From assembly GCA_905178155.1 (NCBI GenBank), contig CAJINV010000012.1, positions 2,825,765 to 2,889,764 of the forward strand: a stretch of 64,000 nucleotides of DNA, written 5' to 3'. The notes beneath the pieces were generated by a model. That model worked only from the letters and a program-made list of their open reading frames with translations. It did not search any database and had not been told where the DNA came from. Positions 44,101 through 52,400 of the stretch are shown here, piece by piece. This DNA is from Amoebophrya sp. A120 (taxonomy: Eukaryota > Protista > Dinoflagellata). The first letter of the stretch is position 1. Each line of letters starts with the position of its first letter. A program made the translations under genes and the position numbers.

Positions 44101-46048
44101 CTAGACTCTATTGTAACGCTTGAGATTGTAAAAACACCTGAGCGGGTTATACCGTGAAGTGGTCTTTCGTCGAGTTTGCGAAGATCCGCCACATCGCCTT
44201 CTCGAAATTTGGCATCTGGATCCACCGGCCGGGGCCGAACGAATCGTAGTCCTGGATGGGGAACCAGCGGTCGCCGAGGAAGATCAGCGTCCTATGAATT
44301 GCAAATATGTCTGGGTCTGGAAGAATCCAAACTTGTCATGCACACTCTGGATTACGCAAGAATTTGTGTTGCATGAAACCAAAAGCCGTCCACTTTTTGC
44401 TATGCAAATAGCAAGTTTCCCATGCAGAATAGGCATCATTAGACCTGAACAAAACTTGTAATGCTCTTGCGCGCATTCCAGAGCACCTGTGTGATCCAAA
44501 AGATGCATGACAAACTTGCAAACCCTTCCAGACCCAGACATATTTGCATTTGATACGTCCGGAGCCTGATCGATACGGTTTTCGGCGAGTCGCCTTGTAT
44601 CAAATGCAAAAATGTCTGGGTCTGGAAGAATGCAAGATTTGCCTTGCATATTTCGCATGCCCCATGATTGTCTGTGATGTATGCCCTAGCATCACAGGTT
44701 TTTAGAACCCTTCCTGATGCACCTTCCGCATGAGAAATGCCCTGTCCGTGTAGCACAAATTGTACCCCTCTTGCTGCTCATGCAATACAAATTTTGCTAG
44801 AATCCAAAAGCAGCGTGACAAGTTGCAATCTTCCAGACCCAGACATTTTTGCAGTTGATACCCTGCCAAATGCGCAATCCGCGGACGGTCGCGAGGGTCC
44901 AGCCGTTGTCGCGGAGAGTGATCAGTTGGGGTTTGAACCTAGTGTGTAATCCAATCCGGAGGATCAACGAATTGATCCCCCCATCCGACTCGTCACCCAT
45001 CGGCCGGTAGAACGTGCTCGTATCGTTGTCAAAAGCGTTCCGGATCGGTTGTTGCGCCCGTCGCATCGCCAAATCGTGCTCGAAGGGTTCGCCGTAGAGT
45101 GGTAACGTGCACCCCGTGTCCCAGAACATTTCCAGCTCAAACACCCGCCACTCCTCGACCACCGCGGCGAGATTCGAGACTGCGAAGGATTTCCCGCAGT
45201 CCGGCTTCAAAGGACCGTCGTACGCGCTGCAGCCCTCGTGAATGCGGTAGGACTTGGAGTCGAGAAGGGTTTCCTCAGTAAAAACGCCCCCACCCCAATG
45301 CTGTCATGCAAATCTGCATGCTCAAAATGTTTCTCATGCGAAGCCCCATGAGAGCCCTTTGCTAGTCGTATTTTGGAACTTGTCCTTGTGATGCTCCAAT
45401 CAGCATGACGCGCTAGATCTGTCACACTGCTGAACTAGCTAAGTAAGTCGAGGACTACACTACGCGGCCAAACTTGTCATGCACGACAACCCATAAGCTG
45501 GTTGATTTGCGTAGCAAATTTCCCATCTTGACTATGGGGTGGGGATGTTTTTACTCAGGATAAAGGGTTTCCTGGGATACACCCGGGGCGTCCGGGTCGG
45601 TAGAGAGGGGCGTGGCTTGTTGTTGTTGGAGGGCGCGCTTATTTCGTTCGGAGGTGGAGGTCTGGGTGTTTTTTTTGAATTTCTTCGGAGGTTTCGGTGG
45701 CATTTCTGAACTGTGCTCCTCCGACGAGTAGTCGTTGACCTCTGGATCGTGCGGGATGGTCGGAATTTCGGCGTGGAGGGCTTGCTGCGCCGGGAGAGCA
45801 AGAGTTCCACCAGAGGAAGATCTCTCGGAGAAGAGGTCGACATTTTCGCCGCAGACGGGCTGCAGAGAAGCGAAGCTCGCGAACAGCACAACGGCGAGAT
45901 GAGCAACGAATACGCGCTTTGTCTGGGTGTTCGGGCAGCTGGTGGCATGATCTTCACTAGGTGGCCGGGATTTGCGACGTCGCCACCTGATCCACTTCCA
46001 GATGAAATAATGGCCTGGCTTCGTCATCAGGATGAATGGCGTTAGCAC
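2180..46048 (-). CDS. Giant multi-exon membrane protein (~7,000 aa): N-terminal hydrophobic segment, repeated discoidin/F5-8C-like modules, then many TM segments and low-complexity loops
   Basis: Frame followed by hand from Met 46048 through >70 introner junctions to ~4540 without a stop; junctions at 2948, 3759 and 4077 also join in frame; decayed introns near 4345-4530, 3420-3600 and 2290-2400 and the exact stop are unresolved. Confidence 0.7.
2948..3128. mobile_element. Introner family K (TIR TAT..AATTTCCCGTAC)
   Basis: Imperfect TIRs; TSD TAGAG/TAGAC; in-frame join SLVY|AVAIG. Confidence 0.7.
3759..4013. mobile_element. Introner family A
   Basis: TIRs; TSD CCCGA/ACCGA. Confidence 0.85.
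4077..4338. mobile_element. Introner family A
   Basis: TIRs; TSD GAAAT. Confidence 0.9.
4681..4881. mobile_element. Decayed introner family F
   Basis: Ends TATCCTGAGCAAAAGTAC / GTACTTTTGCAATGCATA; TSD lost; in-frame join FVDV|PAKF. Confidence 0.65.
5057..5339. mobile_element. Introner family B (TIR TATCCTGWGYAAAAACGTCCCCACCCC)
   Basis: TIRs; TSD GCAGC/CCAGC. Confidence 0.9.
5441..5762. mobile_element. Introner family C (TIR TATYRNANNGAAAAATSCCCCC)
   Basis: TIRs; TSD GCCAA. Confidence 0.9.
5854..6160. mobile_element. Introner family D (TIR TATGGRNGTGTCAGGATYGAAATCGACAAAGT)
   Basis: TIRs; TSD TTGTA. Confidence 0.9.
6874..7122. mobile_element. Introner family A
   Basis: TIRs; TSD GGAGT. Confidence 0.9.
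7275..7532. mobile_element. Introner family A
   Basis: TIRs; TSD GTTGT. Confidence 0.9.
7583..7861. mobile_element. Introner family B (opposite orientation to 5057)
   Basis: TIRs; TSD CTGGT/TTGGT. Confidence 0.9.
7874..8129. mobile_element. Introner family E (TIR TATAACCCGCTCAGGTGTTACAATCTCAAACGTT)
   Basis: TIRs; TSD TGCGC. Confidence 0.9.
8196..8603. mobile_element. Introner family A carrying a nested insertion
   Basis: TIRs; TSD GGACG; ~150 bp longer than sibling 63464-63717. Confidence 0.85.
8234..8381. mobile_element. Nested 148-bp insertion
   Basis: Absent from sibling copies; flanked by TGTAA direct repeat. Confidence 0.6.
8706..8958. mobile_element. Introner family A
   Basis: TIRs; TSD CCGGA. 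Confidence 0.9.
9069..9221. mobile_element. Introner family F (~150 bp; TIR TATNNNNTGCAAAAGTATCGYACTCGTA)
   Basis: TIRs; TSD ACCGG. Confidence 0.9.
9263..9541. mobile_element. Introner family A (left TIR damaged)
   Basis: TSD GAAGA; right TIR near intact. Confidence 0.8.
9589..9867. mobile_element. Introner family B
   Basis: TIRs; TSD CTTTT. Confidence 0.9.
9903..10118. mobile_element. Introner family G (~210 bp; TIR TATCACNNGAAAAAAGTGTTACAGTTACAC)
   Basis: TIRs; TSD CTCCG/CTCTG. Confidence 0.9.
10300..10556. mobile_element. Introner family A
   Basis: TIRs; TSD AGTTG. Confidence 0.9.
10622..10768. mobile_element. Introner family F
   Basis: TIRs; TSD GGAGG/TGAGG. Confidence 0.9.
10853..11114. 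mobile_element. Introner family A
   Basis: TIRs; TSD GTAGT. Confidence 0.9.
11168..11393. mobile_element. Introner family I (TIR TATGAGAGTGCACAACTCCCCC)
   Basis: TIRs; TSD CTTGA/CTTGG. Confidence 0.9.
11437..11684. mobile_element. Introner family J (single copy; TIR core AAAC(T)GAGTGATCT)
   Basis: Imperfect TIRs; TSD TCAGA; in-frame join KFL|TMFTT. Confidence 0.75.
12049..13042. mobile_element. Introner family A carrying a nested insertion
   Basis: TIRs; TSD ATTTC/ATCTC; two halves match 4077-4338 in reverse. Confidence 0.85.
12147..12870. mobile_element. Nested 724-bp insertion of unknown class
   Basis: Splits GCATCACA|GATTTT of the host element; CACA direct repeat. Confidence 0.7.
13414..14320. 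mobile_element. Introner family B carrying a nested retro-insertion
   Basis: TIRs; TSD GGATC/AGATC. Confidence 0.85.
13460..14068 (-). mobile_element. Poly(A)-tailed retroposed insertion (non-LTR type)
   Basis: T18 run at 13457-13474; 18-bp duplication GAGTTGTCATGCAGGTTT at 13442 and 14069. Confidence 0.8.
14495..14801. mobile_element. Introner family D
   Basis: TIRs; TSD TCGCT/TCACT. Confidence 0.9.
15080..15332. mobile_element. Introner family E
   Basis: TIRs; TSD GCATG. Confidence 0.9.
15387..15662. mobile_element. Introner family A
   Basis: TIRs; TSD CTGCA. Confidence 0.9.
15830..16092. mobile_element. Introner family E
   Basis: TIRs; TSD TTTCC/TTTCT. Confidence 0.9.
16192..16489. 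mobile_element. Introner family B
   Basis: TIRs; TSD ACGCG. Confidence 0.9.
16598..16904. mobile_element. Introner family D
   Basis: TIRs; TSD CTGTC. Confidence 0.9.
16954..17127. mobile_element. Introner family F (diverged)
   Basis: TIRs; TSD GCGCG/GCACG. Confidence 0.8.
17281..17430. mobile_element. Introner family F
   Basis: TIRs; TSD ACGTG. Confidence 0.9.
17590..17802. mobile_element. Introner family G (variant TIR)
   Basis: TIRs; TSD GTAAA. Confidence 0.9.
17952..18257. mobile_element. Introner family D
   Basis: TIRs; TSD AAGTC. Confidence 0.9.
18303..18581. mobile_element. Introner family B
   Basis: TIRs; TSD ACAGG. Confidence 0.9.
18717..19035. mobile_element. Introner family C
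   Basis: TIRs; TSD TCGTG. Confidence 0.9.
21523..21678. mobile_element. Introner family F
   Basis: TIRs; TSD CCAGT. Confidence 0.9.
21784..21992. mobile_element. Introner family G-like
   Basis: TIR core AAAAAACTGTTYCACTGTGA; TSD AAAAG. Confidence 0.85.
22169..22474. mobile_element. Introner family C
   Basis: TIRs; TSD TCTTC. Confidence 0.9.
22528..22778. mobile_element. Introner family A
   Basis: TIRs; TSD TGCTG. Confidence 0.9.
23931..24195. mobile_element. Introner family A
   Basis: TIRs; TSD TCCTC. Confidence 0.9.
24643..24875. mobile_element. Introner family I
   Basis: TIRs; TSD CTTTC. Confidence 0.9.
24918..25158. mobile_element. Introner family H (TIR TATGGSGYTCTCAAACGTTACAYTCTCAACTGTTACATGA)
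   Basis: ~40-bp TIRs; TSD ATTCG/ATGCG. Confidence 0.9.
26162..26412. mobile_element. Introner family A
   Basis: TIRs; TSD CAAGA. Confidence 0.9.
26699..27000. mobile_element. Introner family A with internal duplication
   Basis: TIRs; TSD TCGGC. Confidence 0.9.
27695..28461. mobile_element. Long GC-rich TIR insertion/intron (family L, ~765 bp)
   Basis: Imperfect TIRs GTTTGGGGGGGTAACAAAA / TTTTTTTTGCCCCCCCAATA; GCGC-type flanking repeat; in-frame join TEGA|LAKMM. Confidence 0.65.
28705..28918. mobile_element. Introner family G
   Basis: TIRs; TSD CAAAC. Confidence 0.9.
29153..29394. mobile_element. Introner family A
   Basis: TIRs; TSD CATCA. Confidence 0.9.
30398..30646. mobile_element. Introner family A
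   Basis: TIRs; TSD CAGTA. Confidence 0.9.
30941..31226. mobile_element. Introner family A (reverse of 15387)
   Basis: TIRs; TSD GACTT/CACTT. Confidence 0.9.
31449..31727. mobile_element. Introner family B
   Basis: TIRs; TSD GGGCA. Confidence 0.9.
31928..32182. mobile_element. Introner family A
   Basis: TIRs; TSD GCGAT. Confidence 0.9.
32681..32958. mobile_element. Introner family B
   Basis: TIRs; TSD TCGAA. Confidence 0.9.
33181..33530. mobile_element. Introner family A carrying a nested insertion
   Basis: TIRs; TSD CGTTG. Confidence 0.9.
33364..33440. mobile_element. Nested 77-bp insertion with 11-bp target duplication
   Basis: TTGGTAGTCAT at 33353 and 33441; absent from sibling 42799-43065. 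Confidence 0.7.
33798..34052. mobile_element. Introner family A
   Basis: TIRs; TSD TTGGG/TTCGG. Confidence 0.9.
34102..34340. mobile_element. Introner family H
   Basis: TIRs; TSD GACAT. Confidence 0.9.
34621..34929. mobile_element. Introner family C
   Basis: TIRs; TSD TGGTG. Confidence 0.9.
35529..35810. mobile_element. Introner family B
   Basis: TIRs; TSD ACCTT/ACCTC. Confidence 0.9.
35886..36150. mobile_element. Introner family A
   Basis: TIRs; TSD AATGT. Confidence 0.9.
36664..36825. mobile_element. Introner family F
   Basis: TIRs; TSD ACTTT. Confidence 0.9.
37820..38071. mobile_element. Introner family A
   Basis: TIRs; TSD ACTTT/ACTTG. Confidence 0.9.
38142..38352. mobile_element. 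Introner family G
   Basis: TIRs; TSD GGTTG. Confidence 0.9.
38460..38778. mobile_element. Introner family B with internal duplication
   Basis: TIRs; TSD GCGCT. Confidence 0.9.
39460..39712. mobile_element. Introner family A
   Basis: TIRs (left end CAT); TSD AAACG. Confidence 0.9.
39782..40090. mobile_element. Introner family C
   Basis: TIRs; TSD TCGAG. Confidence 0.9.
40996..41302. mobile_element. Introner family D
   Basis: TIRs (left end TGT); TSD TCAGA. Confidence 0.9.
41379..41528. mobile_element. Introner family F
   Basis: TIRs; TSD ATTGT/GTTGT. Confidence 0.9.
41722..41976. mobile_element. Introner family A
   Basis: TIRs; TSD TGCCC. Confidence 0.9.
42420..42568. mobile_element. Introner family F
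   Basis: TIRs; TSD CCCAA/CCCAC. Confidence 0.9.
42799..43065. mobile_element. Introner family A
   Basis: TIRs; TSD GCGTA. Confidence 0.9.
43132..43393. mobile_element. Introner family A
   Basis: TIRs; TSD AGCTT/AGCCC. Confidence 0.85.
43560..43831. mobile_element. Introner family A
   Basis: TIRs; TSD GGGAG. Confidence 0.9.
43891..44151. mobile_element. Introner family E
   Basis: TIRs; TSD CCGTG. Confidence 0.9.
44293..44555. mobile_element. Introner family A
   Basis: TIRs; TSD CGTCC. Confidence 0.9.
44598..44860. mobile_element. Introner family A
   Basis: TIRs; TSD CCTTG/CCCTG. Confidence 0.9.
45270..45562. mobile_element. Introner family B
   Basis: TIRs (left end TTT); TSD AAGGG. Confidence 0.9.
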
Positions 46049-47227
46049 ATCGTTTCTTTTGAAGGTGCGTGCCTGGCTAGTCGTTCTTACGCCACCATCA
46101 GGGTCAGTGTGGAGACCGCTTTGTAAGGGCCCATCCTAGAGAGACCCGAATCGCACGGCGGATCCAGCGGTCGCCATTGCGCCAAACAACCATTGACGAC
46201 GGACCCGCGGAGGACCAGAGAAAGCCAAAGGAAGCGCTACACGGAACCGGAAGTCAGCTCGCCGGCATCTGCATTTGCGTCGCGATTCTCAGTGATTCTA
46301 GGTGAACGAATCGCGACTAAAAATTGAAGTATAGTATTTGGAATTGGCTGCCCTCACATGAAGGAAACTCTCGCTAGACTTCTCTCGAAAAAGATGACTC
46401 ATTGCTACGCTCTCGTATGGTAAAAAGGGCTTCTCGCTTCCTCTCGCCGTCACCACCGCATTAAGCGCTCTTTTCCTTTTTCATACTCGTGGCCCTCGTG
46501 TGCAACTCAGACTCCTGACGCAAAGTAGAGTAAGACAGAGGGCCCGTCCCTCCGAGTTTGCGAGCGGACCACATACGTCGGCCACGACATCAACGAACAC
46601 CTCGTCCCCGCCCCATCGTTTATCGTTTCTTATTATTTCACAATAACAATTGCGGCGACCACATAGATAGAGACAGATAGGCCAGAAGCGAAGTAACGCA
46701 GCGCGTGGGGCAGGACCAATGCGGTCGGCCGCCCGCGCGCCGGCCGGGCCCCGCGGCGCCGAGGCCTGCGCCCTCGCCCCCGGGCTGCTCTGGGTCAGAC
46801 AGGCGGATGCGTGCGAAAGGAATGCGCCGGCCGAGCGCAATACAGAACAGTGAGTGGCTGGGAGCGAGGGCAGGGCGGGCCGGCTGCCGGCGGGGTGTAA
46901 AAGATAAGAACCAACCTACCGCCGCCGAGTCCATCGATACATATGGGGAAAGAGCAAGGCTGTCCGTCCGCGCTCCGCCCCCTCCGTCCTGGACCGCACC
47001 ACAGAAGGATGGAGCCAAACCCTTCAGGCGGGGGGCAGAAACAACAAAAAACCCGAACAGAGCAACCGGGGCCCGCCTCGCTCCCACCCCAGCTCTTCCT
47101 TGGTCGGGCCCGATGTCCGGCCATTTTTACGGCACGCGCGCGCTGACGTCCTTGTCACGGTACACGAAGCAAGCGCGTGGAGTTCCTGGCGTGGTTCTCG
47201 TCGCGCCCTTGCATTCCGGCCCAGGGC

Positions 47228-47322
47228 GAGAAGGGGGGCACCTCTGCACCAAAGCGGGAGCGACGTATTTCTTACAGAAGGGGGGCACCTCTGCACCAAA
47301 GCGGGGCGAGAAGGGGGGCTCC
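47228..47322. repeat. Short direct repeats GAAGGGGGGCACCTCTGCACCAAAGCGGG (2 full, 1 partial) in a GC-rich intergenic block
   Basis: Copies at ~47230 and ~47277, partial at ~47310. Confidence 0.7.
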
Positions 47323-49473
47323 TCTTACATTTTATCCTTATCCTGAGCAAAGACGCAGGTCTTGCAGGGTGTAGCGACTAAAGGGCACTTTGCCACGGTG
47401 GAGGAACAACATGTGCACAACAGCGCTCTACTGGGCTGCGCAACGCAATGCGCCGGCGGAGTCTGGCGTCGGACACCGTAGAGGAAAAACGCCGCGCCCA
47501 GGGAGTGCGGATAGCGTGGAGCGCGACCCTACTGTGGTGGCGCCCCCGAGCCTGATTGGCCCGATGTCCGGCCCATGTGTTTCCCCTGTGCCAAAGAAGC
47601 GCCCGCGCGCGGCGTTGCGGAGCGGCCACGACAGCGACCCAGGCGACCGGCAGGCGCCGCCGCGCTTCCCCCGGTGGGGGGCGGCGTCGGTCCGTGCACC
47701 GGCCTCGGCCGCCCGCCCGAGCGCTATAGGCAACACCAGGGCCAGGCCAAGGGGAAACCGTGGCGCCCTCGCACGCCTCCGCTGACGACCGGCACGGCGT
47801 TCCCCCTGCGGCTGTTGCCCCCGCCGCGCTTTTCCTTCGCGCGGCCGGGCCGGCGCGGGCGTCGCCTTGCGGTGCTCGGCGAACTTCTTCCCGCTCCGAA
47901 CCATTTCCGCGCGCGCGGAGTTGCGCGGGGCGCCCATAACCAGCGGGGGCCCCCCAGCCGTGTCACCCTGCCCCGCTTCCCCGCAAGAAAGCCGCCGACA
48001 ATATCTATGCCGGAGCGCGCGGCGTGTGGCGGCGCCTCGCCGGCGGGCTCTAGTGCCCCGCCGGCCGCGGGCGCCCTCCGTCGTTCCCGATCGTGGGCGC
48101 ACAGACCGAGCCCCGGGCCCCACACCACGGCGACGCCCGGGCTATCTAGTCACGCCGTACGTGGCCCATCTGTGTAAGGGCGCGGAGTCTAGTCCGCGCA
48201 TTGACTACACGCGCCGCGCTCGTCGGCAACTCACATCCAGGACCGGGCACCACTACAAGAAGACGCAAAAAATTCAAAAGCGGCAGCGCGCTCAATCCCT
48301 TTGGTCTTGGTCAGCGCAGCGCAGACCTGCAACAAATATTGAGCACAAACTTATCTTCCGACAACACTGCTGGCAGAGTTGGAGTTCTTTTCGTCCAAGC
48401 CCAGGGTAGACCGTATTGAAACGGACAGAGGTTCTATTGATTCTGACCTTGCAGTAGATTCATATACAAAAACTTCATAAAGTAGCTCGGGAAATAGAAT
48501 CTTCAATCGGTAGACGACTTCGTTGCCATATTAGAGGTGTATCTTTCAGTGCAACATGACGCAGCGCATGGTTTTTGCCGACTCATGCATGCAATGCAAA
48601 TGCTGTACTTACTGTCGATATTCTCGTAAGTTATCTTCATGAAATTCTTCATACATTCAAGCTAAAAAAGTGAAGCTACAACACTTTTCGTCCGCAACGA
48701 GTGAGATCATAAAGTCCAATAACAGAGTAAATACCACCGGTCAGTCACTAATTAGGGTCGCACACCACCTCCACAGAGGCGTCCTCGTCGAGATCGGCTA
48801 CGTAAAATCAGGCCCAGATCGTATGGGGAAAATCAATCTATCACGGCAAGGCGCAGAGCGTAATTCTATCGTCTCTGAAGAAAAACAAGACCAGTAGCAA
48901 AGAGTAAGAGACGAAAAAAAATTCTGGACCAATAAAGCCTTTGGAAATAAAAGGGTAAAAACTAGTGGGTACAGATTCTACATAAAACGAAAATCGGGTT
49001 CGGGACAATGTAGGTGACGTTTGCCGCTGTTGCACTTGAAGCTACGTACACCTAGTATTTACTCAGCTCTCGCTGGTGTCGCCACGAAGTTTGTTGCTTC
49101 TTCTCGAGAAAAGCTAGCACGTCGTCTCGCCAAAGAAACAAATCCTTTGGACGCGGGAACCGGAAGCCCGAAAAAATTATATCAGGTGCCAAAACACAGA
49201 AACTAGTCGAGAGTAAGTATCTGTGCGACGCCGAAAGAGAAAAAAAATTGTGGAAGCAAACAGTATCTGATGATGCTCCCGTCTTGTAAAAGGAATTGGG
49301 TGAGGTTTCAAGGTGGAATATTAAGCGAGAAGTCACTACGTACTAATGTCATCTGTCGAATAAGTAGCGCGACCAAAAACCGCTTTCCCCTGCTGAAGAT
49401 GAAGTACGATACTCATCTTATCGGTGTAGCAAACACAAATTTCGTTCTTTCGCCGAATCATTTCACAGCATCT

Positions 49474-52400
49474 TCACACCATCACAGAAGTCACCGGCTG
49501 ATGGACGGGGGTAGACGTAGAGGTAATTTCTTCAGAAGAAGCCACTGTCGTGCCCCCCGGACAATTCTGCTCCTCGTCCTCCGAAGTTCTTATTGAATGG
49601 GAAGATTCACGAGATCCACGTGGTTGTTCCTGCACACAGAACTTCTCATCCGCATTCATCTCCTCCTCTCCGTCAAACTCCTTGGACGAGAAACAAGCGC
49701 CGGTTGGTGACAGCAACACGACACTTTCAGCACTCGGAGCTGCTGCTACTGCTGCTGCCCGCGGTGATATGGTCGTCGTACAACTAACTTCCGTTGATGC
49801 GGTTAGTTCCTCCTCGCTTGCAACGCTCTCGCGTCTTGGATCCGGCAGAGCGGAGCGCCAATCCTCCTGACCGCCGCACGGCACCTCCTCATACTCGACG
49901 CTCAAGTCACTGCAAAGCGACTCGCGACCGGAGATTCGATCCACGTTCAGTATCGCATGCACATCATATGATCCATCGTTCACACCACCTTGATGTTGTT
50001 CCGACATCATTTTTGTTTTGATGTTCATCCCCTGCTCGTCCTGCATAGAAGTGGTCTCCCGCTCCTCGCTCGCCGATCTCACTCTTCCTATCCGGAAGGA
50101 AAAATTCTCCGGCTTGTCCTCGCAAGACACGATGATTTGCTTCACTGGTAAGCCTATCAAGTGCAAAAATGTCTGGGTCTGGAAAAGTGTAAACTTCTCA
50201 TGCAGATTTTCCATGACCCATGAGGTCTGGAATGCGGGACGTAGCATGACAGACTCTGCGAGGTCTCTGCCATGCCTATCCTGCATGAGAACCTCCATCC
50301 TAACTTGGTCAAATAAAGTGGACAGCTTTTAGGAATCACGCAACACAGATTTTGACATGATTCAGGTTTACCAGGACAAGTTGCCACCTTCCAGACCCAG
50401 ACATTTTTGCATTTGATAAAGCCTCTCGCCCGTTTGATCTGAAACATTTCCTTCCAACTGGCCTGGCAGCGGTTGCAGCGCGTCGCGACCTATGCATTGC
50501 AAAAAATATGTCTGGGTTTGGGACTTGTGATGTTAATGTGCGAATGGTAGGCAACCTTCATTACGGGGCCACGCATGACAAGTTTCTGAGCGAGGACTAC
50601 GTCTTGCATCAACCGCATGACAACCTGCATTTTTGCATGACACAAAAGAAGCAGTGTAACTGTTGTAGGGCATCACGCAATACAGCTCTTTCTCTCCTGT
50701 CTGCCAAGCATGACAAACCTTACATTCTTCCCGACCCAGACAAATTCGCGGTTGATACAGGCAACCCGGACCGAAGAATCGGGATGACTCGGGCGTGAAA
50801 CGGACATTGGGAAGAGGAGGAACTTGTTTGTTGCTGTTGGGTTGATGATGATGTTGTTGAAAAGGAATTGGAATTGTTCCCTGGCCCGGTTTCGGATGAT
50901 GAATTTATCCTGGGCAAAAGTATCGTAGTCGTAGTAATCTTCGCAGTCATGCAATACAAGTCTTTTTCTTAAAGTAAATCCGCATTACAAATTTTATTTC
51001 TTATGTAATGCATTTATACGAGTACGATACTTTTGTAATTCATATCGTTGGTTCTTCTACAACTCTCCTCGTACATGCTCCTGTGCCCCGGGCCGATACA
51101 ACGGTGGATCTTCTTGTGCTCGAAGGCGTGCTGCAGCTCCTCCACCCGATCCGTGTGGTAGTATTCCAGGTAGGGAAACGCGGGGATGGTTCTGAAGGGG
51201 AAAAAATCCTCGGGTTGGGATGCGCTGGCGAAGGAGAACTGATGCTGGTCTTTATTTCCACCTATTCCTGCGGCTTTATTGATGTCCTCGCTCTGCTGTC
51301 TTTGTCTCTCTATGAATTGCAACAGTATCGTACTGTTATGCATCACAAATCTATCTAGGCGCTAAGGTAAATCCGCATTACAAATTCAATTTGCCATGCT
51401 GAGCCAATTTGTCATGCTATTTCTACTAGTACGATACTTTTGCAATGCATACTCTCTTTGTTCCGCTCCAATGTTTGCGCTTGGGTGCGACCATAATTCT
51501 CGGCGAGTTCTTCCAAGTGTTATGACAGTGCACAACTTCCCCCCTCATTTCTCATGCAAAATACCAACCCCACCGCTTGCCTCTTGGCACGGTTTGCGTG
51601 ACAAGTTCTGGTAGCCCAAATAGCACTACACTCCAGCGCAAATTTGTCATGCAAAACCGGCATTCTTGCTGATGCTTGTATTGCCGTGCATGCTATACAA
51701 ATGAGGGGGAGCGGGAGTTGTGCACTGTCATAAGTGCCGCACGTGATCGAGGAGGTCCTTCACTGGTGCAGCGTCGACGCCTGAAGGTCATGAGAGGTTT
51801 AGTTGTAGAAGTTGTCATGCGGTGTAGTGCATGTGAGTGCGGTGTTGTCATGCTGATCATGAAACGCGAATATTAAACTTTCGCGCTCGCGTACGATCAT
51901 TATTAAACAAGCCACATAACTCGTCCTACACCAGGAAATCTACCATACCTTCACTCAACGTTTTGCACCCTAACCGCCCCTGCGTGAGCATGACTTTCTG
52001 GCCCACCATGAAAAACTCGTGCTCGACGAATTGCGGGAAGCCGTAGAAAGGAAGCGACGTCTGCTCCGATGGATCTTGCTTGAAACGGGCGACCGGAGGC
52101 TTGAGGGATTCGAAACCTGGTTTGATGAGATGTGAAGAAGATCCCTCATTGTTGTGAGGCTAATAAAACTTCTGATGCACATGGTTTATTTTTTGCACCC
52201 TTTCTGTAGACTCTGGATCGAACATTTTGAAGCAGAAAACAATAATCTGCATCCACCGCTGCATGCAAAATCGCAACATAGTCATAGTAATGTTCTGTAG
52301 TACGAAATATCGCCTCGCGGAGCATCTCGTACGCGTCGTCGAGCCACACCGGCATTGAATCAATCTGGCTTCTCAAGTCGTGCTCTTTCCGTTCTGCTTC

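Larger units (their letters stand above)
32183..45269 (-). repeat. About 8 tandem protein modules of discoidin/F5-8 type C (galactose-binding-like) type within the giant gene
   Basis: Recurring W-x-V-x-ELEFY-x-D-x2-C ... AFD-x3-T-x-W ... WIGxDFG ... V-x-C-x-R-x-Q (WRVFELEMF, WEVSELEFH, WEIQELEFY, WRVHELGFY, WCVLELEFF, WVLYELEFY, FGISELEFY). Confidence 0.6.

Noticed and set aside
46481-48409. Long overlapping ORFs in the GC-rich block as a transposase or other gene
   Set aside because: Arg/Ala/Pro/Gly-rich in all frames, typical of GC-rich non-coding DNA; no DDE, RT or tyrosine-recombinase motifs recognised
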